From NCBI GenBank assembly GCA_907165135.1, contig OU015566.1:12834001-12898000 (forward strand): a stretch of DNA of 64,000 nt. Direction: 5' to 3'. The notes under the pieces are model-generated. The model saw only the letters and a program-made list of their open reading frames with translations. It was not told the origin of the DNA and searched no databases. Below, in pieces: positions 1 through 12,818 of this stretch (position 1 is the first letter of the stretch; each line of letters begins with the position of its first letter). The position numbers and the translations under genes were made by a program. This DNA is from Oikopleura dioica. Lineage: Eukaryota > Animalia > Chordata.

Positions 1-550
1 ACTCAAGTACACTTCATGAAAGAAATTGTCGTATCGAATCCTGATGACATAAAAATAAAGGTGTCTTCTTATGCCATAAAAAGGGCATCTCCAGGAGACA
101 GAGTAGCTACTTATTTGAAACTTTCCGTACCATGAATTTGAGTATTTTACAAATTTCATCATTTTCATCCTTTTCAAGGGTCATTTAAGTTCAGTAAACT
201 GATGAACTAAGCGTGAGGGTGACGGCTCGCCTCGGGACACTTCAAATGAAATATATCATATATATTATATATCTAAATAAAAAATTTGGAAATAATTTGA
301 AAAGATATGATCGAAGACGTCTAATTAGTTATTTTTTATTTGACCTTCAAAATTTGACGTTTTCTGCTGATTCTACCGAGCCCCTATCGAACGCGCGATC
401 CAATTTCTTATTTGTGTCCTTGAATCAAGAACGCGAGAAGTTGAAACTTTCGCATTTCTCTTGCTTATTTACGTCAATGCTGTTTATTCATCGCCGCAAT
501 AAAACAGAAGGCAGACTTCAAAATGATCACACCATAAAATTTTCATAAAA

Positions 551-2154
551 ATGAAAGTTTCAAAATCAAAAAGTCCAATCTTTTCAACTTCCCTAAAATG
601 GGCAACGATCCCGATCTTTTTCGCCGTCCTTCTGAGATATGCTCCTGGATATTTTTATGGAAACAAAAGAGTTTTGGAAAAACCGATTGCTTACGAAATT
701 ATCGACGACTTTCTTTCCGAAAGCGATGTTCTCGATCTCCGAGAATGGGTCTTCAACGAGAGGCGATTCGCGACTGTCATTGATGCTGCTGCAAGAGGTG
801 TCCAGAGTATCGGAGAGGATGAACCTATCAAACCAGATGGAACCTGCGACGACATGACATTTACTGCTTCTCCTTCTTCGCCAACCTGCAAGTTTACTGG
901 TCGCTCGGACATAGCCCAGCATTTCGTCAAAACAGGCGGACATCGAGGAATGAAAGAAACTCCAGATAAACTGATCTCTTCAACCCTTTCTTTCATCAAC
1001 TACTACCCGGACAAGGTCAACGACCCTGCAATCAAGAAGCTCTTTGAAAACAAGGAATACTTGGTGAGTAGCTTCACAAATTTCAATTTCACTAATAAAT
1101 TGAATGTAGAAAAAAGTCGGAAACATCTGCCACGATGGTTGGGGAACTCGAGGGCCACGAAAAGAAGGAGACTTCATCTTCCGCCCTACCCAAGTCAACA
1201 TCGTTCTCGTCCCTCCCGGGCAAGATCTGCCTCTTCATCAAGACAACCAGTGGTACTGGGGAATCAATCAACTCAGCCAGCCTGATTGGCTCCTTCACAC
1301 AGTTCAAGAATCCGGGCTCTACAAGGACAAGATGATTCCACAAGCTCAAGGTGAGAAATTTCCCTTAATCCACCCCTAGAATTCTTTCAGGCGTCGCATA
1401 TCTTCACGGGACAAAAGAAAAGCCCTACTATGAAAACGGCGGCGAATACGTCTTCTTCCCTTATGGACCCGGGGCCGACGCGATGGAGCTCAAACCAAAA
1501 CGAGGTCAGGCGATTCTCATGGATGGCGGGCGAATGATTCATGGCGTCGCTAGAACAGCGCCAGGATACCAAGTGGCGGCGATTGATAAGGACGTTTTCA
1601 ATCGAATTGAGTACCAAGGAAACGAAACCTGGTACCTTCTTTCTGACGATGAGCTCATTGATGTCTTCAAAACTTCCGATCTCCGAATGACTTTTGTTTG
1701 GCGAGGACTGTGCTTCCACGATGAAGCGGAAAAGGCGAAATTCGAACAGCATTTGAAAGATGAGGTAGCTTTTCACAAAGAAATAGCTTTTTTTAATCAA
1801 TATTTCAAGGATTACGTTCCACAGTACACTCTCCTCAAACAACTAGAAGAGCACATGCACGAAACGGGTCGACTTCCAAAGTCCAAAAATCTCGAGAACA
1901 TGCCACGAAAAGAGTTCGCCCAGTACTTGTTCAGCAAATACCTCCAGTATCCATTGGATACGATGAATACGGCCTGGTTCCCGATCAACTACTGCGCAGC
2001 GTCTCTCGGCAAGCCCTGGCTGAAGGCCCTCTTATCGCCATTCTGTGTTGACAGAAAAGAACGCATAGATTTGAGCGATCAGTATCCGCCGGCGAAAGAG
2101 TTCTGCGCAGAGGGCAGAGGTGAAAGATACCAAACAAATTGCAACAAAATGTAA
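551..2154 (+). CDS. 2OG-Fe(II) dioxygenase-like protein with N-terminal hydrophobic anchor (spliced, 2 short introns)
   Basis: Joining the exons gives PLHQD (HxD, ~1233-1244) and a distal MIHGV (~1535), matching the 2OG-Fe(II) facial triad. Hydrophobic WATIPIFFAVLL lies near the N-terminus. Confidence 0.7.
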
Positions 2155-2720
2155 ATACCACTACAAACTGTCCGAAAATGACTTTTCTTCTGTAAATAAT
2201 TCAAATAAAATACTGAAAAACATGTAAAAGCGAGCTTTTGAAGGGATTCATTTTCAAACTTATTATTTTATTGTTTTTTAAATTCATCTACTCTTGTTTT
2301 GCTAGCTCTTGTTTTGCAGTTTATGTTCAAGTGTATATGTACAGCATTTAAATAAAATTAAGTAGCAGTTACTGTAATTAACATATGATTTAGTAGTTAA
2401 AGCTTGGTTGCTGAGGTCTTGAAGGTTTTCTTCAAACTTGAAAAGTGGTCGTTTGATGATTCTGTGTGCGTCAATGACTGTTTTGCAGGGCTAAACTCGA
2501 GAATGGTCGTTTTTACAGTAGAAGAGAATAAATTTAGAATTTGCGAATTGATGGAACATTGGAATACGCTTTATTAGGTTTGACAAATTAGTTAAATTGA
2601 TGATCAACTCAGGCGCGTAACTAACTTAGAGCAGCGCGACTTCGACCTGAGCGACTCGCGCGAATATCGATGAAAATAATACTTTAGAAACGAATCAGAC
2701 AGATTTTGTTTCAATCGATC

Positions 2721-5700
2721 TCATCCTCCTGTTCCTCCCTGTTCCTGTAATTCGTTGGCAGTTTGCGCAAAAGAGTTTGTGCCAAGTTCCAGCTTCCCAG
2801 AAACTGTATCGGCTTTGTTGTCTATATTTATGGTGATGCAGTCTGATTTTGAGTCAAGTGACGGCATTGGTGTGAGATTGTGCTTTGTCATTGACGACTT
2901 GTCGATGTCACAATTTCGAACGACGGTTGCACTTGAGACATCGCTGCACGGGGAGTTTTCTTAACGAAATTACCGCTGCTCGTGACCAAGGGTAATTATA
3001 CCTAATGAAAGCGATCCGGAATGAACAGAAGACGACGGTATCCTGCTCATTGGCGACGGGATCGAGTTTTTCTTTATATGATTTCGTAGAGATTTATCTT
3101 CAACAGCTATAATTACATTGATTAAGATGATGAAGATTCAAGGTCAAACTTACGAGTTGAAGCTGACGAATGCTTCGAGCTCCGTCTAAAATAATGATTG
3201 AGCGAAAAAAACATAGAAGAAAATGTATTCTTGTAAACAAGCGGTTTTCGCAGCACTTTGCCTGCCTGTCACGTGTGAATAGCGGCGACATTACGGACCG
3301 CGCGCGATGTCATTCGATGTCGATCGAGTGTCCACGAAAGTCAAAGCTTTAGAAATGGGATAAAAGGCGTTTAGACCATGTCAAGTGGTTTTGGATTCGT
3401 GGAATTATACATTCACCAATTATTGCCAAAAAGGTTCCAAAGAACAAAAATCACAGCCTACCTTGAGGATCCTTTTCTAGGCGACTGCGATCGTTCCAGA
3501 CTCATTTTCCGACTTAGGAAGCTCTTCTGCCCTTCAGATGATAAGTTTGACCTTCGTAGATCATTTCCCAAGGTCAACTTGCTCGCGCGTTTTGGAATAG
3601 AATTATTCTGTTTGCTCTTCATTAGTCTTTCTTTGATTTGGTCCTTGAACAGATTTGAGACAATTTTCGAGCATCACACCATACCTCGATCTTTGCTCTA
3701 AAATTCTTCTTCTCTCTTCGCTTTTTGATCGCCATCTGGAGGAAAGCACAGGCATTTATGATGAAAAGCAAAAGTCCGATCGACAGTGTGACTGAAATCT
3801 CCAGCCCAACACCAACCTCCTAAAAATCTAATGAGTTGATGATATTTTCCAAACTGTACCTTGTCTGCTTCTTCCTGTAGCTTCTCTTCAAAACTAATAA
3901 TCGTCACATTGTTCATGCTCTTCAAATCGTCGGCAATGGTCGCTGTCTCATCTGTCGGCTCTGGGTTGAAAGAGTTGCTTGGAAAGTTGATCTTTGCCTT
4001 TTGAACAGGCTCCATCATTTTTGGAATCAGACTGTTCCAGAGCTTCATTCTTTGAGACGCGTAATCTACAAGTGTTCGTTCTACAGGTGGCGAGTCACGG
4101 TACAGTTTCGATCCTCTCAGTGAGAACTCCATGGTTTTCCGAGTCGAAGGGGTAAATTTAGGCCAGGATATTCCAGAATAGAGATTTCTAAAGAACAAAA
4201 ATGATAACTTTTGCAGTCTAACAGACGATAACCTTGGCCAAAATCGCTCGCCAACAATGCATTTGTTGTTTTGAATCATTTTATCTGACCCTCTCGGAGA
4301 CGGATCACTAAAATCGTAGAGTAAATTTGAATTAGAGTCTACTTCAATACCCATAATTAATGAAGTTAGCAAAATATGTCATCATTGAACAGCTTAACGT
4401 CTTCTCCTCAGGCGACCACACGATGGAATCAAAACCGGGTGCGAAGGTGTCTTTTCCATAAAATGGTATTCTAAATAGACTTGATTGTACTATTGTGTCT
4501 TTCCGTTAAATTTACCCGAATAAGAATGCTATCGCCTGATTAGTACCGGCGCGGTCAAGCTCTGACGGTCGATATGATTCGGAGCCCATTCGATGGTCGA
4601 ATAAGTAAACGAACGTGTCATAGTTGAGCCCGGAATGTAGCTCAGCCGTGCGGACGGCGTTCGATGTCCAGCCAAAGTCGGAGAACATCTATCGTAATTT
4701 ATTTTCTGTTGATTGAATTCAACACTTACTTGGAGGCCTTTCTGTCGCGGGGTAAGCTTGGTGGTGTTGCTGTTCCAGCCGCTGTAGACGAAATCGACGA
4801 CGTTGGAGATGTAAGAAGCGGAAGGAAGGGACTTAAAGTTTGTTCGGATCAGCTTATTCAGAAGTTTTGTCCAGCTCTGATCAGAATTGTCGCTGGATTG
4901 ATCGTAATTGTACTGCGACGATTGTGGGACAAAGAAGATCCCTTCCCCTTGGTCGACTCCAACAAGAACCTAGAAGTGATGATGAACAAGAATGTTATGA
5001 TTAGATCTACCTCATAGTCGAAGTATTCTCCACTCTGCATTCTTTGAAGAGGACTTCCGCTATTTGGATCTGAACTGAGCACAACGCCGTCTAGAACAGG
5101 TCCCCAGATGGGCGAAAAATCGTTGCCAAACATCTTCATATCAATTTCGACAAAATCGGACCATGTTGACTTTGACTGGAGACATTCGATCGTCTCTGTG
5201 ACGTTGAATTTTATCGGACAGCCAAGTTGCTTCGCGAAGAATTCTGCTTTTGTGACTGGGTCGTTGGCGAAAGCCCAATTTGCAAGAGCGCTTCCAGAGA
5301 GCATGATTACTCTTTGAAAGAGCTCTAAATGAAATTATGAATTTGGCAGGTGAAAACAACGAAGAGTACGTACTCGTCTTGCTCTCTGAAATCATGAGCA
5401 TTTGAGCCATCGCCGCCCCAGCACCGCTTCCAACAATGGAGACCTTGCTCGGGTCTCCTCCAAATTGCCCGATATTATCTGTTCGTGATCGACATGTTGT
5501 CTGACAGATGAGGTCGTTTACTCATTTTCACTTTTTTTTTGATAAAAAGTATAATCGATCCGGACCTTTCACCCAAGTGAGAGCCAACTGCACGTCCATC
5601 AGCGCCAAATTACCACGTAATCCATCTCTTTTTCTCGGGTTTACATGGAAGCCTCACGATGCTTGAAAACTCACAACTCGAGAGCAATCTGCAAGAAATC

Positions 5701-6188
5701 AATAATAATCAGATAAAGTCCCTGGCCTGAGAAAACTGAGCCAGCCAAAAGGACCTAGTCTATATTGCACCAGAACAACGATCACATTCCCATAAGATAC
5801 GAGCGCCGACGGGTCCATCCAACTGTTCGCGCCATCTCCAAACGTATGTCCAGTTATATACACGAGAATTGGCAGTTTTTGCTTTACATCGGAAAATGAT
5901 TTCGCACTTTTTTCTACAAATTAAGTTTGTCAAAAGACAGCTCAGCTATTTCAAATCTGCTTATGGCGCCTTGAAAAATGTAAGGCTCTATCTTACCATG
6001 GTAAAATCTTGTTGGAACAATGACGTCAAGAAAAAGACAATCTTCATCCTGCGTGAACTTGTCACTCTCCAACAAGCTTCTTCTATTTGGACGATCTCTG
6101 AACCAGCTTGGCTGGAGAAAATCGGCGATGAAGTCCAGTCTCTGGGGGCAAATCTTCGCTGATCAAAGTGCTGAATACCCTTTTCCAA
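2721..6188 (-). CDS. NLGN: Neuroligin-like non-catalytic cholinesterase-fold membrane protein (multi-exon; 5' end uncertain)
   Basis: Minus-strand exons give EDCLFLDV, LPILVYITG, SYGNVIVVLVQYRLGPFGWL, GNLALMDVQLALTWVK and GSGAG (neuroligin-type, no catalytic Ser). A TM segment LEISVTLSIGLLLFIINACAFL is followed by a Ser-rich tail ending at TGA 2723-2721. Confidence 0.8.
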
Positions 6189-6607
6189 CGAATAATAGCT
6201 ATTATGTCAGATGAAATTATTCTCAGCGCCTTTTTCCTTGGACATTATTTAGAAATTCGGTCTTGGCACAGGAGGTCGACTTGGGCACAGGCGGTTTAAA
6301 TCGTAATTTGGCAGTTGGCGGCTCCGCATAAGGGATATTGAGGTACTAAAGCAGTAAGTTTATGTAAGGTTAGGTTAACTATCGAACAAAGTCTGCTCGG
6401 ATACGAATAATATTAAAATCGAATGAATAATATATTTTTTGGGTACGACAGCAATTATTATAAAGGGTTCTATCGAGGTCAATTTCAAATATTTTCACAT
6501 GAACCTTTATTATAGAAAAGTCTACCGGGAAGTTGAATTTTCTATACATATGAATCTGGGAGCGATAATTCCAACTCAATTATAAACCTCCCAATTAATC
6601 AAAAATA

Positions 6608-9600
6608 ATGGTCGAGAAAAATATAATTTTCACCAAAATTTCCAAACTTATTTTTTTGTTTTCTCTATACTCTAGATGTGTTCTAGAGGTCCTAAAACCC
6701 CCCTTTCGCCAGAAAAAACCACGTGAAGCAAAGAAAAAAAATCGATTTTTTCGACTCGAAAACTCGAAAATCGGAAATTTTCACCAGCCAATTACTCATC
6801 CTTATCGATGAGTCAGCATGATGAATCATACCTCATTAGATAGCTCAGAGTCTGAACTTGTACGGACCGTTGAGAAACCGGTGCGGACTTCAACCGGTTG
6901 GTCACACGGTAAGGTTGAAAGTTGGTCAATTTTCCGAAATTTCAAAAAATGCCCATCTTCAAGCGATGATTACTCATACTTCCTGATCACTAATTTTGGC
7001 CAGTATATGGCCACTTATGGTCGACTTTGGTCAAGTTTGGCCGGAGGACCCCGGAGGACCTCCCTGGTGGAAGACCATCCGCTGGAAGACCAATACTTAG
7101 TATTTCAATATATGGCTGTGCTCGGCCAATTAATGGCCACGTATGGTCAAATTTGGTCTCGTTAGGCCGAATGATTCCCATTGGCATCTTTTAAAAAATA
7201 AAATCGGATAAATTGATTATTCCCACCTCATCAAGAACAATCAAAACAGGACAATTATTTCTGTCAGTATTCACATTTGTTAAAATTTTTTTGAAGATAT
7301 TTTTGGAAAGGTCCAATTGCTTCTGGTACCATGGCGGAATTGACCAAGGTCCTACTGTTTTACCAAAGCTGTCCTCGTTTTTGGAACGGTAACAAGTAGA
7401 GAACTTTCTTGGAGGGGAGTATTGTTTCCATTCATCGAAAGTTCCTAAATTCCGATAATAACTATAAATGAGTTTAATTTTTTAAGCTTTTACCTATTTT
7501 TATTGTTTTGTTTGGTTTATTCTTGAGGATTATTTCGGCCAATTCTGTTTCTCTTGTATAGTCCCAAGCCCATTCTGACATAAGAAATAAAAAAAATTTC
7601 TCTGCTTTTCTTCCCTGCTCACTCGCGCAAGAATTGTAGTATCCATTAAAAATTCGACGCATGAATTTTCACAACGAGCCTGAATTTTTGAAATTTTTTT
7701 CCAGATGAGGTCAGAGTCATCATAGGCTATTCGAAATTCCCCCAATAAAGAGAAATGAATGAAAAACAAATCGCAGATTATAGTCTGGACTTGGCGATCT
7801 GTGTAGTAAACCTTAGTAGAGTTCCGAAGAGCGTTAATAAAAAGTTGCATTGTTTTAAGAAATATTTTTAATTTAATTAAAGCTTAGAGGTTTCTTCCAA
7901 ATCCGATATTAATTTGCTAAGAATGTTCTTTATTCTCCGATTTTTGAAGAAAAGTGTCTTTTTATTTACGCTCTAATAATTCTGCCTTAGGTTTTCTGCA
8001 AAAATTACCAAGACCAGTAGAAAACATGCTATTGAATTGGCAAGAAAATTCGAAAACGCACTAGGTCTCCTCATCGGGCCTATGGACTTTTTCCAGGAAA
8101 AAATAATACGATGCAAGACAGGGATCTTAATTTTTTATGCAAAAACTTCGGAATTGCAATGCGATTGCAATATTTTTACGAAAATTTAAAATCCCTGATG
8201 CCAGCGTATTTTATGGGAGACAGGAGTTCAAAATTATGCAGAGTTTGTTCTCCTCGAAACGGCACGAGAAATGAATGATGGGAGCATCAAACGCAGGTTC
8301 TCAATTGCGTCAACTGAAGTTGGGGACATACTTATTCCTGATGAGAACTGGCGATCAAACGAGAATACGCACATACTGTCTCATATCTAGGGCCGACGCG
8401 TAAAAAATCAACCCCCAGAAAGCATCAAGGTAGAGAGCTGAAACAACGTGATATAATGAAGTTCGACCCTACTAAAAAAATTGCTATTGAAAATTTTTGG
8501 TTTGGTCACGTGGTCACGTGATACAGACCTCCGAAAAACTAAAAAAGCTTGACGACCTTGAACGCATGATCAAGGTCGATCAGCTCATATCTCAGAAGAA
8601 AGAGCTAAAAAGTTATTCTTATTAATATTTTTGGTGGCGCAATCACGTGAGACAGTAGAAAGGAAAAAGATGACCCTGAATTCAAGGTCGTCAAGCTTTT
8701 TAGCTTTCCGGAGGCCTGTATCACGTGACCAAACCAAAAAATTTTCAATAGCAATTTTTTAGTAGGGTCGAACTCCATTATGTCACGAAGTTTAAGCTCT
8801 CTACGTTGATGCTTTCTTGGGGTTGAATTTTTACGCGTCGGCCCTACTCATATCTACAAATTAAAAGATCCGACCCTTATGCTTAAGGATGCCATGATTT
8901 TGAAAGGCCACTGGACGCCAGCCCGATTGACGCAAAAATAAAACAAAAATTTGAAGAGGAAATGAAGAACATCCTTGAGGAGATCGGAGAATACTTGTCG
9001 ACAGAAAATGAGGATTAAAAATTGTCATTCATTATTTCTGTTCAAATTGTTTTTCTTTTCGGTTTTTCATCTTCGTTCTTAAATACTTGTTCATTTTTTG
9101 ATAAATATATGTTTGTCTATTGAGATTTTCTTAATTTGAATGTGGTCTGTTCTGCAGAAATTTGAAATATCAACACTTTTTCGCAGGCACTTGCGACCGA
9201 CCGATTTATTGCCGCACCGGTTTAGTATTTTTCTAGAAAGAACAGATATTAAGCTTCTTATCAGTTAACCTTTTGAAAATACAGCCTGACTAGACCAATA
9301 TTGACTATAGGTGGCCATAAATTGCCCGAGCACAGCAATCTATTGAAATTCTAAACATTGGTCTTCCTGCAGATTGTCTTCCACCATAGAGGTCCTCCGG
9401 GGACCTCCGGCCTGACTAGACCAATGTTGACCATATGTGGCCATAAATTGGCCGAGCACAGCCATATATTGAAATTCTAAATATTGGTCTTCCAGCGGAT
9501 GGTCTTCCACCAGGGAGGTCCTCCGGGGTCCTCCGGCCGAACTTGACCAAAGTTGACCATAAGTGGCTATATACTGGCCAAAATTAGTCATCAGGAAGTA

Positions 9601-9968
9601 TGAGTAATCATCGCTTGAAGATGGGCATTTTTCGAAATTTCGAAAAATTGACCAACTTTCAGCCTTACCGTGTGACCAACCGGTTGAAGTCCGCACCGGT
9701 TTCTCGACGGTCCGTACAAGTTCAGACTCTGAGCTATCCAATGAGGTATGATTCATCATGCTTACTCATCGATAACGATGAGTAATGGGCTGGTGAAAAT
9801 TTCCGATTTTCGAGTTTTCGAGTCGAAAAAATCGATTTTTTTTCTTTGCTTCACGTGGTTTTTTCTGGCGAAAGGGGGGTTTTAGGACCTCTAGAACACA
9901 TCTAGAGTATTGAGAAAACAAAAAAATAAGTTTGGAAATTTTGGTGAAAATTATATTTTTCTCGACCA
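6608..9968. mobile_element. Non-autonomous DNA transposon with ~550-bp terminal inverted repeats (Mutator/foldback-like)
   Basis: 6608-7160 is the reverse complement of ~9410-9968; near-identical mirror ORFs MVEKNII.. and MMNHTSLD.. appear in the track. A ~120-bp subterminal unit is tandemly repeated at 9285-9590. The flanks give only an imperfect AT-rich 9-mer (aaaaataat / aatattaat). The interior holds decayed coding fragments. Confidence 0.85.
8388..8846. mobile_element. hAT-type MITE nested in the long-TIR element
   Basis: TIR TAGGGCCGACGCGT / ACGCGTCGGCCCTA extends ~170 bp inward. Exact 8-bp TSD CTCATATC at 8380-8387 and 8847-8854. Removal restores a short reading frame (..THILSHI|YKLKDPTL..). 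Confidence 0.92.
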
Positions 9969-10002
9969 ATATTAATCAATAGGTATCGAACGTCTCATAG
10001 AA

Positions 10003-10837
10003 TCAAATGATCATGATCGAACTTGCCTTGAATACAGGGTAAAGACCTAATGATTCCGGCTCGATCTTCTGGTTCGAGCCCCGGATCTTGCAGGCGTTTC
10101 TGTCCAGTCGAACATCAGGTGCAAAGATCTTCGTCGCCGCTATAATTTTACTCTTCTGATAAGCGACTTGATAACTCCAAACGTTGTTGAGTTGGACGAA
10201 GAAGAGAAGATTTTTCATGATCTTCTTTTTAAGGTTCAGATTTATGCATTTCAAAGGCGTGTCAGGTATTGATTAAAGGAATAATCAGTTTAAAAGTGGC
10301 CAGAAAAGCCCTTTTAAAAAGTCAAAGAATGATCATAAATAATTATGAAAATGAAAAATTTTGAACCAATAACTTCTTTCATCACTATTTGAATTTCTTC
10401 AGTATCTTACTCTCTTTTTCCATATTTTTCTTCCTCTTCTTGTCTTTGGAAATTCTCTTCTATGATTTCAAATTCGGACCAACAACAACAACGAGATTTT
10501 GGTAAGAGATTCTTCAGTGTAATTTGTAATAACAAAGATTTATTATTTTTATTTTGTTTTTACAACTAAGACGATAGCTAAGCGGATAGTTTGTTGCTGA
10601 CGGAGGGCGGGTCGTTGCGCCCTCAGGCGAGTGAAATCGATCCGTAACATCCCTTTGCGCGCGACAAGTATGGATCTCTGTAAATATGGCAGGCCTACGC
10701 TACTTTTCATCAAATATTCAGCAGCAATCCGAAGCAACTAAGACTCCAATTATCATCTCTTCTTTGTTGAATTCAATCAAAAATCATTGAAAGTGTAAGT
10801 CTGGTCGACAACCTTCGTTTTCGCGTGATGATGACAT
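10003..10837 (-). CDS. Hypothetical spliced protein
   Basis: Several short coding-like minus-strand segments are separated by intron-sized gaps; no recognisable domain. Confidence 0.35.
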
Positions 10838-11582
10838 TTTGATGTCGGCATTGAATACATTATTGATGAAAAATAATGCTTCGTTAAATTTTAAGTTAGC
10901 GTTGAACTTGAAATTGACAAATATGACCGTCTTTACGCAGATTCTAGACACAGAATGTTTTTCAATTATCTTTCCAAGACACCATTTCAATCAGGAAAGA
11001 GAAAAAGATGCACGACAGCATAAAATTCAAGACAAAGTCTGGCAGCGGAATTGTCCTTGTGGTGAGTGATTGCACGTAATTTTGGCGTTATGCCAACATT
11101 CTGACCGCGAAAAGACACGACAGTACCAGAGTGTTTAATTTCGAGTTTACTAATACTTGAACTTTTAGTCGATCTTCATGATGCTTGCGACTATGTGGCT
11201 TATGGCGACGACGATTCATGGAAATGAAGCAATTTGCTTTGCTGTAGTCGGTAAGTAGGGGATAATCAACTGCTTGTTAGACGATTTTGAGGTGGATTGA
11301 TTCAATCTGTCTGTGGATTTGCTGTTGGACTAGGGAAGAACTGCAAGGAAAAACGATCACAAGAATGCTTTACAAAGGAAAGCTTTCAATAAAGATAATA
11401 TGAGTGAGTAAGGAGTTGAAGAGTTGAAAGCTTAAAAGTTCGACTTTTGCCTCATGGTAGGAACAAGTAGTACTGTAACAAGTTACAGTTGTTAAAAGAG
11501 CCGATTATTCGGGCTCGGTTTTCGTTCGTGTGAACTTGTTGTCAGTTTTGATTTGTGGAATGTAAAAAATTAATGTGCTCAG

Positions 11583-11912
11583 ATGGCGTTGACAGCTGCG
11601 ACGATTCTATTCATTTTATTTTGGATCCATCAATTCTTTCAACTCGGCGTTCCCGATGATGCTTATTCCTATATGCAATGTATATTCAATCAATTTTCAA
11701 TTATGTTTTTATGCTTTTTAGTGCAATTTATCATCGGCCTGCTTTATTTGCCGATCCTCGGTAGTTACTATCTCCGAACTTGCTTTGACGATGGCGTAAG
11801 TAACCGACCAAGTGCCGAAGAAATACTCGCAGAATATGGCAACACGGGAGGCCGAAAATTCTCCATGCAATCGAATCACTCGAGAAGGAAATGTTGCAAA
11901 AACCAAGGATAG
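11583..11912 (+). CDS. Hypothetical membrane protein (two hydrophobic segments; 3' end uncertain)
   Basis: ORF MALTAATILFILFWIH..FSIMFLCFLVQFIIGLLYLPIL. Confidence 0.35.
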   Translation: MALTAATILFILFWIHQFFQLGVPDDAYSYMQCIFNQFSIMFLCFLVQFIIGLLYLPILGSYYLRTCFDDGVSNRPSAEEILAEYGNTGGRKFSMQSNHSRRKCCKNQG

Positions 11913-12818
11913 ATCAAATCATGTTCTGATGATTTTTGAACATAAAAAAAGCTCTGGAACCAACAGCCGAACAAAACTGAAGCGATCTTCCTCAAGATGA
12001 GAGTTCAGCAAATAAATTTTTCAAAAAAGCGACTCTTGTTTCAAGCAAGGATTCGATGGTGAACCCTTTTCATAGAAAAAATAGCCAGGTTGAACCTGAT
12101 GATATCAACGATCTGAACTCTGAAATCAGCCGTCTCACGAATCTTGCCGTTTCGCCAAGTGCAGCTGGAAAGAAGGATCTCATCAGACCAATCGTTTAAA
12201 ATGCATTATTATCTGCCTTGCTTGAAACTTTCAAAACTGGAGACATAGAAGAGAGAATAGTAAATATACGCACAATAATTCCTAAGGAGCTTATTTATGC
12301 AGTTTTTTCTAAGTTTTTTGAATGTTTATTTTCATAAGAAAAAGAAGGGAACATCAGGAGCAGTATACGACGTATGAGAATAGAATCAAGCAATTAAATA
12401 AACTCTAAGAAAGAGAGGGAAACGGAAAAAATGAATTATCAACTAAAAATTTATGCTGTAAGAAAAGGCAGGAAAAATGAAAGATAAATCGAGAAACTAA
12501 AAGTGTCCACTTGTATAACGTGGACGAACAAAATACTCAAATAACATATAATAATTGTTTTTCGTCAAAGGAAAAAACGCGACGATCGGCTGATTGACGC
12601 AAGAAAAAAACCTTTGAGCAGTGCTAAGAAATCTTGATCATGGCTAGCAAGCCAAACTATCAAATTTCCAAGCTGTCGATTAATAAACTTAAAATGATGA
12701 TGAAGCAAGTAGTAAGGCATAAATTATGGCTTTAACATAATATTTAATATCATATCTGTTGTCTTAAATATTTGAAATGAAAGAGAAAGTGGAACTAAAA
12801 ATCGAGCTGTAATAATAC

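Noticed and set aside
6608-7165. Duplicated ORFs MVEKNII.. and MMNHTSLD.. (also at 9340-9969)
   Set aside because: They are by-products of the inverted repeats, with no domain signal.
9238-9268. U2 snRNA-like words (aagaacagata in antisense; ttcttatcagtt in sense)
   Set aside because: The matches are only 10-12 nt, lie in opposite orientations and have no flanking U2 sequence or Sm site; they are compatible with chance in AT-rich DNA.
9285-9590. ~120-bp repeated unit that could be mistaken for a CRISPR-like array
   Set aside because: It is a contiguous tandem repeat without unique spacers, inside a transposon TIR, in a eukaryotic context with no cas genes.
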